In this document: positions 9,405 through 18,387 of the stretch, piece by piece
How positions within the stretch are numbered: the stretch's first letter is position 1
Layout: each line of letters begins with the position of its first letter
From: Oligoflexales bacterium
GTDB lineage: Bacteria; Bdellovibrionota_B; Oligoflexia; Oligoflexales; Bog-1112
Assembly (NCBI GenBank): GCA_045106415.1
Contig: JBGCEP010000006.1
Location: 1-64,000 of the forward strand
DNA: 64,000 nt
Direction: 5' to 3'
Notes under the pieces: model-generated
Databases searched by the model: none
What the model was told of the DNA's origin: nothing
The model's input: only the letters and a program-made list of their open reading frames with translations
Made by a program: the position numbers and the translations under genes

Positions 9405-10799
9405 CTAAGTGAGAGTGTTTTTTGTAGAAAAACGCTCTAACTTTAATTTAGTGCTTGTCGTAATTTGAGAATCAGCCTTAAGCTCTAAAATAAGAGATTT
9501 ATAAATTGAACTTTTTATAAGATTTAAGCGTTTTAAGCTTAAAGCAGAGTGGGCTATTTTTAAAGCATAGAATGGGTATTCTGGTATTTTTTTATAATTC
9601 AGAATGTAAGATATTAAAGGTATTGAGCTATATGTTGGTATTTCTCCATGAGGAGTCCACATTAAAATAGCATTTGCAATAGTTGGAGTGATAGGAGGAC
9701 GAGTTCTTCGGAGATGTTCTTGAAGAGCTGTGTAAGCGGATTTCTGCCCGTCATCGTTCTTGCTGTAAATTCGTGAAAGCATAGAGATCCAGCTGTGTAC
9801 TGAGAGCCCATGGAAAGACTCTGTTTGAGTCATGATTTTTTTGATAACTATAGTCCAGCGTTGTGCTTCTTTTGGGGTGGGGCAGTGTGTGATGAATTTT
9901 TTTGATCGTGTACAGTCAATCCAATGAGAAGCTGTTTGACATGCTGCTGTCGAGGTTTTAAAAATATCGACATCTCGAGTCGTTGTATTGACTTCTTCAC
10001 ATTTGGTGAGGAGCTTGGTGAAATAGTCTTCTTTGTTTAGTAGGTTGGGCTTGGTAGCTGCATTTCGGTATAGAGAGTCTTTTTGTAGGGCCTCTTCAAA
10101 TGTTGTTGTTTTGAAAATAGAATGAAATTGATCAAGACCAATGTTGTTATCAATAAAATTTGCGATTTGTATAGATGATGTGGAATAACTCCACGACTCA
10201 ATGTGCTGTTTGTTTTTACCATTGTGTTGTTTGATCGATGAGTGATGAATACCTAAAAGGTGACCATTTGCATTTAAAATCGCAGATCCACTACTTCCTG
10301 GTAAGGTTGCTGCGTGAATAAGCATGTTCTTATTTTCATAATTAACAAATCTACCAGTAGACCACTTTAAGTGACTAGCTCGAGGGTAGCCAAGAAAGTG
10401 GATGTCGGCATTTGTAGCTATTTCGTCTTTTGACAGAAGTATATAATTTTTTAGAAAAGGTTTCCTTATTTGGAAAATTGCGATGTCGGCATCTTTACTT
10501 AGAGCCCTTGGTTTGAGAAATACCTTTTTTTGTGAATGAGAGTTTTGATTAGTGTAAATAACTCGGCCGTAACAACCTTCTTGAGCACAGTGCTTATTGC
10601 CATATACGTGGTGATTTGTAATAAGATAAAATTTTTTTTTATGTTTAATAACAACAGAAGTTCCTGTGCCAAGACGAAAAACTGCTGTGCTTTTATTTGA
10701 AATTTTTTTAGGAGCTTCTGAAGTTAAATAGAATTGAGATGCATAAGTAGACATAGAAATTGTCATCAATATCATAAATGAGATGAATATATTCAGCAT
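9405..10799 (-). CDS. Exported trypsin-like serine protease with an unknown C-terminal helical domain
   Basis: Signal peptide; triad LITNHHV, DADIAIF, TLPGSSGSAI; GYP motif; about 230-aa C-terminal extension with four Cys. Confidence 0.85.
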   Translation of the reverse strand: MLNIFISFMILMTISMSTYASQFYLTSEAPKKISNKSTAVFRLGTGTSVVIKHKKKFYLITNHHVYGNKHCAQEGCYGRVIYTNQNSHSQKKVFLKPRALSKDADIAIFQIRKPFLKNYILLSKDEIATNADIHFLGYPRASHLKWSTGRFVNYENKNMLIHAATLPGSSGSAILNANGHLLGIHHSSIKQHNGKNKQHIESWSYSTSSIQIANFIDNNIGLDQFHSIFKTTTFEEALQKDSLYRNAATKPNLLNKEDYFTKLLTKCEEVNTTTRDVDIFKTSTAACQTASHWIDCTRSKKFITHCPTPKEAQRWTIVIKKIMTQTESFHGLSVHSWISMLSRIYSKNDDGQKSAYTALQEHLRRTRPPITPTIANAILMWTPHGEIPTYSSIPLISYILNYKKIPEYPFYALKIAHSALSLKRLNLIKSSIYKSLILELKADSQITTSTKLKLERFSTKNTLT

Positions 10800-10901
10800 A
10801 AGGAAGCCTATAGTGCTAGTGCAAAATTAACGATGAGCATAGCGCTAGAACTGCTATTGCACAATATGAATTGTGCAATAATGCAAAGATAAGGGAATTT
10901 A

Positions 10902-11168
10902 TTATTTTTCTTGAAGAAAGCGTAAGTCGGCCCACCCGCTTGGGAAGATAGGTAGCCACCATTGATTACGAATAGGCTCTGGCCGTCGCGATAAAATTGT
11001 TCCTTTAGGAACAAATTTTATACTGGCCCCTGCAGAGCTAGGATAAGAGCGGATATGAGTCGCGCTAATAAGAACTTTATAATATTTACTTTCCTTATTT
11101 ATTGTGGGGCGAGCATGAAGAGAGCTAGTGAAAAGCGTAGTGCTTAGTAGGACCCATTTGATGAACAA
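10902..11168 (-). CDS. Small exported SH3b-like protein
   Basis: Signal peptide, then HIRSYPS...VPKGT...WWLP...GWADLRFL, the bacterial SH3 pattern. AAGGAGG SD upstream. Confidence 0.65.
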   Translation of the reverse strand: MFIKWVLLSTTLFTSSLHARPTINKESKYYKVLISATHIRSYPSSAGASIKFVPKGTILSRRPEPIRNQWWLPIFPSGWADLRFLQEK

Positions 11169-11199
11169 TGAAATTCCTCCTTCTGGTTTTATAAAATCC

Positions 11200-11227
11200 G
11201 TATCGAAATATTGAAATAAAGTCTTTA
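11200..11227 (-). promoter_or_regulatory. Putative sigma28-type promoter
   Basis: Minus strand TAAAGACT-N12-TTCGATAC, about 30 nt upstream of the 11168 start. Confidence 0.5.
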
Positions 11228-11305
11228 GAGGAGGTCAGAAAGTTATTTTTATGCTGAAAGCTGCACTGAGTAATATCTTGATATTAAAGTTAAAATAGGA
11301 GTCGT

Positions 11306-11333
11306 TTAAGTTTTTTATTTTTTCTGTCGATGA
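11306..11333 (+). promoter_or_regulatory. Putative sigma28-type promoter
   Basis: TTAAGTTT-N12-GTCGATGA upstream of ATG 11359. Confidence 0.55.
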
Positions 11334-11358
11334 GGCTAATGTGAGTAGAGAGGTCAAT

Positions 11359-11814
11359 ATGATCCATCGATATTTTATATTATTTTTGATTTTTTCATTC
11401 CCGTTACCGGTTGCTTTTGGTGTTGTTTTTAATGCCCTACCCTCAACGTCTAGAATATTACGTTTGGAAAGTGTTGAGAAAACAACCTTGCAATGGGTGA
11501 CACTTGGGCATCAAAAAGAAATTATACTAACGACAACAGGTGAAAATCCCAATGGTATAGCAGTCTATGTTAGGCTTAAGTATCCTGATACTCCATATTG
11601 GAACCATTTTTTGAAAGAATGTCAAAGGAGTATGGAAAACCTTGTTGGTAAAAACTTTATTGATATTGGTCCAGTAAAATATCAAGGTCAAACCCTTACA
11701 AGACAAAATTTTAATACACACACGGTTGATCTGTGGAGACCTTGGTATGAAAATACGAAAAATATATTATTGAGTGCTCAGTTGAATCCATCGTGTCATA
11801 TCCAAGCTCATTAA
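11359..11814 (+). CDS. Hypothetical exported protein
   Basis: GAGG SD then ATG 11359; N-terminal hydrophobic signal; two Cys; no family motif recognised. Confidence 0.65.
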   Translation: MIHRYFILFLIFSFPLPVAFGVVFNALPSTSRILRLESVEKTTLQWVTLGHQKEIILTTTGENPNGIAVYVRLKYPDTPYWNHFLKECQRSMENLVGKNFIDIGPVKYQGQTLTRQNFNTHTVDLWRPWYENTKNILLSAQLNPSCHIQAH

Positions 11815-11973
11815 AAAAGTAACTTTTATTTTACTGTAACTTTTCTCCTAGCCTTTTTTTTCTAACCTAAATGCTATTGTTATCAATGACTTACTCTCCG
11901 ATTCGCTATAGATAAAGAGCAACACTGACGATGAACTTATAGAGATCATACATGATGCACTCGTGGAGTTTTT

Positions 11974-14900
11974 GTGAGTAGGGTTCATTTGAAATATTTG
12001 GTTTGTCAAATTCTTTGTCTTTGTATTTGGCCTGCCTCCATTATTCTGGGTCAGTCGAAAGGGCGAGTTGAGTCTCTATTAGCTGTTTCAGACTTTTCAG
12101 AAGCCGGGCTATTAGAAGTGTTGGGATATTTAGATGATGTAGAAAATGGTTCGTTAGAAAAACCCTATAGTGATCTTATTCAAAGTTATAAGGAAGATCT
12201 AAAAAAAGAGAATAAGAATACAAAAAAAATCTCATTGCTATTAAAAAAAGCTGCTGCTGAGCAGGCTCACGGGTTTGACGCATGGCAAAAGAAACTGGAG
12301 TCATATCAGCAAAAAATCGACTCTTGGCGTGGGTTTCAATCGAGAGAAATTCCTCAGGCCCCGTCATTGTATGATTTGATAAATCTTTTAAAAAAATCTG
12401 AACGCAGTTATCAAAAAATATTGCAAGAGAAATCATTAAGAGGGCATGTTAATACCAAATGGAAAATCGGTTTTTTAAAATCAGTTTACTCTCTAAAAGA
12501 GTCTAAAAAAATTCTTTTGAAAAGCTTTGAAATAAGTCGAGGAAGGCTAAAATCTAAAATAGCACTGGTTTTAGCTGAGATTTACTACAAGGAAGGGAAT
12601 AAAGCGAAAGCTAAACAAACCTGGAGATTTATTCTTTCTGGAAAATCAGGACAAGCGTCAAAAGCGGTGAAATCATATGCTTCATATCGGATGAGCTGGA
12701 TGCTTGCCCTAGAAGGCAAAAAAAGAAGTGCGATAAGGCAGATGACCCGCCTTTTGAAGTCTCTTAAAAAGAAAAATAGTTCTTTTTTAAGAAAAGAAAT
12801 AGCAAAAGATCTTGTGAAATTATCAGCAGATGCAAATTCGTTAAATTTAGTTTCCAGATTTAAAAAGTCGGAAGGATTTTCGAAAAATCATTATGAGCTT
12901 GCTTTGGAGAGGCGATCCTGGATTTTGTTAAATCAAAAAAAATATAGTTCAGCATTTAAAATACTCGATGATTTGCAAAAGAATAATCCTTCACATATTT
13001 ATTCTTTATTGAATCAGTTTCAAATTTTAAAGTTAAGTTATAGTACAAATAATTATCAATATATCCCTAGATTTCTGAAAATATTCAGCCAAAATTTAGA
13101 TGTTAAAAATATTTCAGATTTAGAAGAGAAGGGAATTAAAAAATCTTTTTTAAATAAATCGTTGAAGACTTGGGTTTCTATTGTTGCTAAAAATTTATAT
13201 AAAAAAAGTTCTTCAGATAAAAAAATACTTCCTATTTCAGCTTATACGCTGCAATTTTATATTCTTAGACATCCGAAAGATCGTAGTACTTCAATTTTTA
13301 AGTTCTATGCAGCTAAAAACTTAGAGTTATTGGGTCAAACCGAGAGTGCAATTGAATATTATTATTCAACTGCACTCTCTGGACCAAAAGAATTTATCAG
13401 GGAATCTTCTGATAAAATGATGTTGCTTCAAAGTAACCTTGTACGTAAGTATCTTGTGATGCAGCCTTATTTTTCACAAAAAAAATTTGGAATACCTAAG
13501 GAGTTAAGGCGTTATATTGACCTGGGTGATTCTTATATGAAAATAAGATCTGTGAGCCCCCGGCATACTCAAATAAGATTTGAAATAGCGAAAATATTTT
13601 CTAGATTTGGACATCATGTAAAAGCAAGGCAGAGGTATATGACTGTTGTGAACGGTCAACCCTCGTCAAAAGAAGCGAGAGCTTCAGTGACAGTTGTCCT
13701 GGATTTCTTATCGACATCTCGCCAATGGAGAGGTTTAGTGAGATGGAGTGAGGTGTACTTGCGATATGCTGTTGCTCTAGGTGGACTTCTTCAAAAATTT
13801 ATGACTGACCATTTGACAGTAGGTATGTGGCAAATAGCAGAAGAATACTTGAAAAAAAGACAGTATTTAGATGCAGCAAGAGCTTTTGAGAGTTTTCAGA
13901 GACGTCTTCCTAGGTCTAAACAAGCAGATTTAGCTTTAAATAAAGCCTCTCTTTTATATTTAAGTTTAGGAAAAGCCTCTCAAGGTATGAGTGTTGCTGA
14001 GCGTCTATTTCAAGTATATCCAGGTTCTAAATACCGAGGAAACTTAATGTTCCATGTTGCTGAAGCAGCAAGCGGAGTAGGTTTATATGAACGTGCAGCT
14101 ATTTATTATGAATCTTTCGTGGTGACTCTGCCTAAAGATTCCAGAGCTGCAGTTGCTTTATATCGAGCTGCGTCGCTTTATGGAGGGCGAGGAAACTTAG
14201 ATCGTAGAGCTCTTCTCTTAGAAAAATTAGCACAAATATACCCTTCGTCACCTCTTTCTTTAAATGCTTTATTGGAATCTGCCCGTTTAAGGTTGAACTT
14301 AGGGCAATTTGCTTTAGCCCAGAAGTTATTCAAGTTGTATATCCAAGATCCTCAGGCTGATTTAGATCATAAAATTTATGCACATGCTCAGGTTGGTCTT
14401 ATTGCGAAAAAATTTCAAAGGTCAACAAAAGATTTTCAACAAATTGAAAGTTTTCTTAGGTTAAAACCTATTACAACTGGTAAATCTGGGAGAAAAGTTT
14501 TAGCTGACTATCGCTACAATCAAATTGTACCATTTACAAAAGAATTTTCTACGTTGAAGATTAATTATTATGATTTTGATATTTATCAAAAATCATCAAA
14601 ATCTTATTTTGATGCTTTGAAAAGAATAGAGGCGTCATATGCTGCTGCTATTCAAATATCAGACCCTTCGAGTGCTGTGAGAGGTTGGTATCTTATGGCA
14701 AAAATTTATGAAGAAAGTTTGAAGCCTTTTCAAGAATCGTGGGATATGTCTGGTCTTCTTCCTGCTGAGGTGCGAAGAATTGAGCAAGCTAAAAATAATA
14801 TTATAAAAAATCTAAAGTCAAAAGTTTTGATGAGTTATCAGAATTCCTGGGGAATATCTCTAAAATATCGTGTTTTTAGTAATGAAAGGCAAGAGTCTTT

Positions 14901-14997
14901 TGTCAGATTGACAAAACTACAACCAGGCCGTTATAGAAACGTTCATGAAGAGACTCTGTTGCCTGTTGCTGATTCATTTATGCTTTCTGGAGGATAG
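11974..14997 (+). CDS. Large exported TPR protein, resembling gliding-motility AgmU/GltD
   Basis: Signal peptide; 1007 aa of TPR-like helical repeats (YPGSKYR, YPSSPLS turns); size and pairing with a TPR lipoprotein. Confidence 0.6.
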   Translation: MSRVHLKYLVCQILCLCIWPASIILGQSKGRVESLLAVSDFSEAGLLEVLGYLDDVENGSLEKPYSDLIQSYKEDLKKENKNTKKISLLLKKAAAEQAHGFDAWQKKLESYQQKIDSWRGFQSREIPQAPSLYDLINLLKKSERSYQKILQEKSLRGHVNTKWKIGFLKSVYSLKESKKILLKSFEISRGRLKSKIALVLAEIYYKEGNKAKAKQTWRFILSGKSGQASKAVKSYASYRMSWMLALEGKKRSAIRQMTRLLKSLKKKNSSFLRKEIAKDLVKLSADANSLNLVSRFKKSEGFSKNHYELALERRSWILLNQKKYSSAFKILDDLQKNNPSHIYSLLNQFQILKLSYSTNNYQYIPRFLKIFSQNLDVKNISDLEEKGIKKSFLNKSLKTWVSIVAKNLYKKSSSDKKILPISAYTLQFYILRHPKDRSTSIFKFYAAKNLELLGQTESAIEYYYSTALSGPKEFIRESSDKMMLLQSNLVRKYLVMQPYFSQKKFGIPKELRRYIDLGDSYMKIRSVSPRHTQIRFEIAKIFSRFGHHVKARQRYMTVVNGQPSSKEARASVTVVLDFLSTSRQWRGLVRWSEVYLRYAVALGGLLQKFMTDHLTVGMWQIAEEYLKKRQYLDAARAFESFQRRLPRSKQADLALNKASLLYLSLGKASQGMSVAERLFQVYPGSKYRGNLMFHVAEAASGVGLYERAAIYYESFVVTLPKDSRAAVALYRAASLYGGRGNLDRRALLLEKLAQIYPSSPLSLNALLESARLRLNLGQFALAQKLFKLYIQDPQADLDHKIYAHAQVGLIAKKFQRSTKDFQQIESFLRLKPITTGKSGRKVLADYRYNQIVPFTKEFSTLKINYYDFDIYQKSSKSYFDALKRIEASYAAAIQISDPSSAVRGWYLMAKIYEESLKPFQESWDMSGLLPAEVRRIEQAKNNIIKNLKSKVLMSYQNSWGISLKYRVFSNERQESFVRLTKLQPGRYRNVHEETLLPVADSFMLSGG

Positions 14998-15010
14998 AGA
15001 ATTGTCTTTG

Positions 15011-16024
15011 ATGCGCATATTAATTTTTATCATATTTAGTGGCTGTCAGTCAGACCCAGGTCTTTTTTATCATGAAACAGGGGATTCTTATATTGTTTAT
15101 AGTGGTGGTGACCTACGGTCGACATTGACTTATATTCAAAATCAACACATTAAAGATCAAGTTAAAACCCACCTTCAAAAAATAAAGAAAAATCCATGGT
15201 CTATAAATGATTATAATCAATTGGCGTATTTATATTTATCCTCAGGGCAAATTAATCAAGCGCATAAAATTGTTGAAAAAGCATTGAAAATTGATTTTAG
15301 ATCAAGGAGATCACGTATACTGAAAGCAGCTGTTGCATATCGAAAAAATAGAGATATGGAGGCCAAGATGCTTTTAGAGCTACTTGGAGGTGAAAGAGCT
15401 CCTGAGGCAGAAGTCTCTTTTTATCTTTCTAGTATCGCATTAAGAAAAGGGGACACAGAGGAAAGTCGAAGACTTTTGCAAATCGCAATTAGGAAAAACC
15501 CCAAATTTGTTGCCGCATACATGAATTTAGGGTTGTTTTATTTGAAAAATTATCAGGCAGACCTTGCGCGTTCAAATTTTAAGAAGGTTTTGAGACTGAT
15601 ACCAAATCATGATGATGCACGACTGCACCTTGCTATTTTAGATGCAATGTCTAAGCGGTATCAAAAAGCGCGTGATGTCTACGATGATCTTCATTCGAAA
15701 TATCCAAATAATGGTATGATTATATTAAATCGTGGAGTTTTAAGTTTAAAGCAAAACCAGATTTCAGATGCTTATGATGATCTTCTTTATTACCTAGACT
15801 CTATCCCTGAATATCAAAAATCTCGACATTCTGCGCAAACTTTGTGGTCAGGGATTCAATCGATGAATAAAAGAAAAAAAAGTATAAGTTATACTGAAGA
15901 GATTAAAATAAATGAAAAAATCAATAACCTTAGATCATCTTTTCGAAATGTTGACTTAGATGTTGTAGAAACAGTATCTGGTTTTGTGTTTACCCCGAAA
16001 GGGGCAAAACCTATTGGTATTTAA
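15011..16024 (+). CDS. TPR lipoprotein, resembling AglT/GltE
   Basis: Lipobox IFSG-C; canonical TPRs (NPKFVAAYMNLGLFYL, PNHDDARLHLAIL). Confidence 0.65.
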   Translation: MRILIFIIFSGCQSDPGLFYHETGDSYIVYSGGDLRSTLTYIQNQHIKDQVKTHLQKIKKNPWSINDYNQLAYLYLSSGQINQAHKIVEKALKIDFRSRRSRILKAAVAYRKNRDMEAKMLLELLGGERAPEAEVSFYLSSIALRKGDTEESRRLLQIAIRKNPKFVAAYMNLGLFYLKNYQADLARSNFKKVLRLIPNHDDARLHLAILDAMSKRYQKARDVYDDLHSKYPNNGMIILNRGVLSLKQNQISDAYDDLLYYLDSIPEYQKSRHSAQTLWSGIQSMNKRKKSISYTEEIKINEKINNLRSSFRNVDLDVVETVSGFVFTPKGAKPIGI

Positions 16025-16039
16025 AACAGGAGGATTCAA

Positions 16040-16975
16040 ATGTCTGTCGTTAGAAAATCACAAATTGTGAGCTTAATTGTTACCAAAGATCGAGAGTTTA
16101 AAACAAGAGCTGTGAACTTTTTTAATGGTGTGGCTTTCCACGCGGAAAAACTATCCTCTGAAGATTTAGAAACGGCTCAGCTTCAAGTCATGGGTAGGAA
16201 AGAAATTATGAACCTTGTGATTGATGCAAGGTCAACAGAGCTAAAGCCAGAAGACTTATTTAAAGAATGTGTTGCTTTAGGAAAGAAAAAACCTGGCCTT
16301 ATGATGCTTGTATATTTTCCAGAAGAGTCTTGTGAGAAAATGTCTTTTTTAGAAAAATCTCCTGATTATCTTTTGTTTAGAGATCTTCCTTTTGACAAAG
16401 TTCATTATAATGACTGTTTCCACGGTCGAGGGAAAGGTGGAGGGGGTTTTAATAATTTTATGGGAGCTCATCAACCTTTAGACGCGATGGCCAAAAAAGT
16501 TGAAGAAAAAGAAGAAAGTAAGAAACCCAATATTATAGCTTTTGAAGCATCATCACATGTTCGAGATACAATTCAATTGTTGAACTCAATAAAAGAAAAT
16601 TCAGAAGATCTTCAAAGTTTTTTTGATTTTGGACAGAGGTTCAATGGAATTACAGGTGCTTTTGCATATTTAGGTGACCGTCCAGGTTGGTCTCAAATTC
16701 GTGCGATGTCAGTTGTGATTGATGAAGTATGCTTAGCTTATACGAAACATCCTGAGTGGAAATCTCTTGATGAAAAGCATCTCAATATTATTAAAAGCGC
16801 AGCTAAAAATGTATATCTTATTTTAAAAACTTTACGAGAAATGACTCCTTTAAATGATGATGTTTTAAAGGATTGTCAGAAAATTCTAGAAGAAAGAAAA
16901 ATAATGACTGAGATTCCTCAAAAAGAATCACAGACTCAAGATGAAGTTGATGCCCTCCTGTCAACGCTTACATAG
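16040..16975 (+). CDS. Signalling-type protein: degenerate receiver-like domain, His-less HPt-like bundle and CheZ-like C-terminal peptide
   Basis: AGGAGG SD. FGQRFNGITGAFAYLG at the HPt HxxKG position. C-terminus SQTQDEVDALLSTL. Confidence 0.5.
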   Translation: MSVVRKSQIVSLIVTKDREFKTRAVNFFNGVAFHAEKLSSEDLETAQLQVMGRKEIMNLVIDARSTELKPEDLFKECVALGKKKPGLMMLVYFPEESCEKMSFLEKSPDYLLFRDLPFDKVHYNDCFHGRGKGGGGFNNFMGAHQPLDAMAKKVEEKEESKKPNIIAFEASSHVRDTIQLLNSIKENSEDLQSFFDFGQRFNGITGAFAYLGDRPGWSQIRAMSVVIDEVCLAYTKHPEWKSLDEKHLNIIKSAAKNVYLILKTLREMTPLNDDVLKDCQKILEERKIMTEIPQKESQTQDEVDALLSTLT

Positions 16976-17813
16976 ATTCATGTTGTACTAATTTTTTAAA
17001 TAGTTTTTTTTCTTGAAAAGACAGAGATGATATTAAAAAATTTAACGGCTTTTCCTTTTGTAGGATCGTAAAAAATTTTTTCTTACCTAGGGATGTTGCG
17101 ATGAAATCGAGTGTTTTGTATGATTTTTCATATTTCCAACGGCCTTTCCATTTATTTAAAGAAGTATGTTCAAAACTTTTATCTTGAATCATTTTTTTAA
17201 AACTTTTTATTTTTTTAGGATAAATCTTTTCAAGATATTGAATTGCTATCCACTCACTAAGTCCTTCAGAAAACCATTGAGGATGATTTTGTTCAAGCCC
17301 ATGTGATAATTCATGAATCAATGTCTTATGTGTTATGAAATTCCAAGGTTGTTTTTTAATTAAAATAAATTTATAGACAGGATTGTAGCTGCCTAGCTTT
17401 TCCAGTGAATTTACAATAAATACAGCATTTAGTGAGTAGTTTGGAAAATATTTTTTTATATAATGAGCGTATGATATTGTCTCTTCTCTAATTTTTTTCT
17501 CTATATTGTGATCAGAGCTATGATTAACAATTTTTATTGGAAGGCTCGAGCAGTGCCCTTCAGCAGAAGGAAACCATAACCTTTTTAATCTCTGATGGAA
17601 TACAAACCATTGAGATTGAGAAGAGTGTTGCGTGGGCAGTTGATTGTGATGGAAGATTTTTTTTATAGTGATGTGAAAATGATTTTGATCTGGGAGAGGA
17701 AGATCATATGTTACGTAATGGAGTTGGCCTTTGTGGTTTTGTTCCCATGTTAGTAATGGACAGGCTGAGAGAATGGTTGATTGTAAAATTATGAAAATAA
17801 GTAATTTTTTCAT
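16968..17813 (-). CDS. Exported zinc metallopeptidase (gluzincin, MA clan)
   Basis: LIHELSHG followed by WFSEGLSEW; N-terminal signal. Confidence 0.75.
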   Translation of the reverse strand: MKKLLIFIILQSTILSACPLLTWEQNHKGQLHYVTYDLPLPDQNHFHITIKKIFHHNQLPTQHSSQSQWFVFHQRLKRLWFPSAEGHCSSLPIKIVNHSSDHNIEKKIREETISYAHYIKKYFPNYSLNAVFIVNSLEKLGSYNPVYKFILIKKQPWNFITHKTLIHELSHGLEQNHPQWFSEGLSEWIAIQYLEKIYPKKIKSFKKMIQDKSFEHTSLNKWKGRWKYEKSYKTLDFIATSLGKKKFFTILQKEKPLNFLISSLSFQEKKLFKKLVQHESM

Positions 17814-17838
17814 GTAATTCCCGCAGAGGTTTATAGAA

Positions 17839-18387
17839 ATGGTGACGATAAAAAAAGACTTAAGGTTAAAGTATAAAACTTTAAGGGCACAGTGTTGCTC
17901 TTCTGGTTTTTATTTTAGTTCTTTACTTGAATATTTAAGTGCTATAAGTATAGATAGAGTATTTGGTTATGCTGGCCACAATGGGGAACCGGACCCTTTA
18001 TCTGTTGATTGGGATCATCCGATGGCTATTCCTAAGGTAGGAAAAAATGGATCAATGGAATTTTTTTCAGTCAATCCAAAAGAAGCATTAAGTTGTGGTC
18101 ACTTTGGAATTAGAGAGCCATCCCATTGTGCCCAATTGGTAGTGCCAACAGCACAGTCTGTTGTTCTTGTTCCGTGTGTTGCTGTTGATCAGAAGGGAAC
18201 TCGTCTTGGGATGGGTGGAGGTTATTATGATCGTTATTTGTCTCAATATCGAGCGTTAAAAATTGGTATCGTTTACCCAGAGCAGGTGAGTGTAGAATGT
18301 CTTCCCAGAGAAGAGCATGATGTTCTTTTAGATGGATATTATGATGGAAGTATAATTTTTTGGTTTAAACGGGATGAGGAAGTTTGA
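17839..18387 (+). CDS. ygfA: 5-formyltetrahydrofolate cyclo-ligase
   Basis: FGIREP, LVPCVAVD..GTRLGMGGGYYDRYL, LPREEHDV. Confidence 0.93.
   Translation: MVTIKKDLRLKYKTLRAQCCSSGFYFSSLLEYLSAISIDRVFGYAGHNGEPDPLSVDWDHPMAIPKVGKNGSMEFFSVNPKEALSCGHFGIREPSHCAQLVVPTAQSVVLVPCVAVDQKGTRLGMGGGYYDRYLSQYRALKIGIVYPEQVSVECLPREEHDVLLDGYYDGSIIFWFKRDEEV

Noticed and set aside
17814..17838. 6S RNA expected upstream of ygfA
   Set aside because: Only 25 bp separate the divergent genes, leaving no room.
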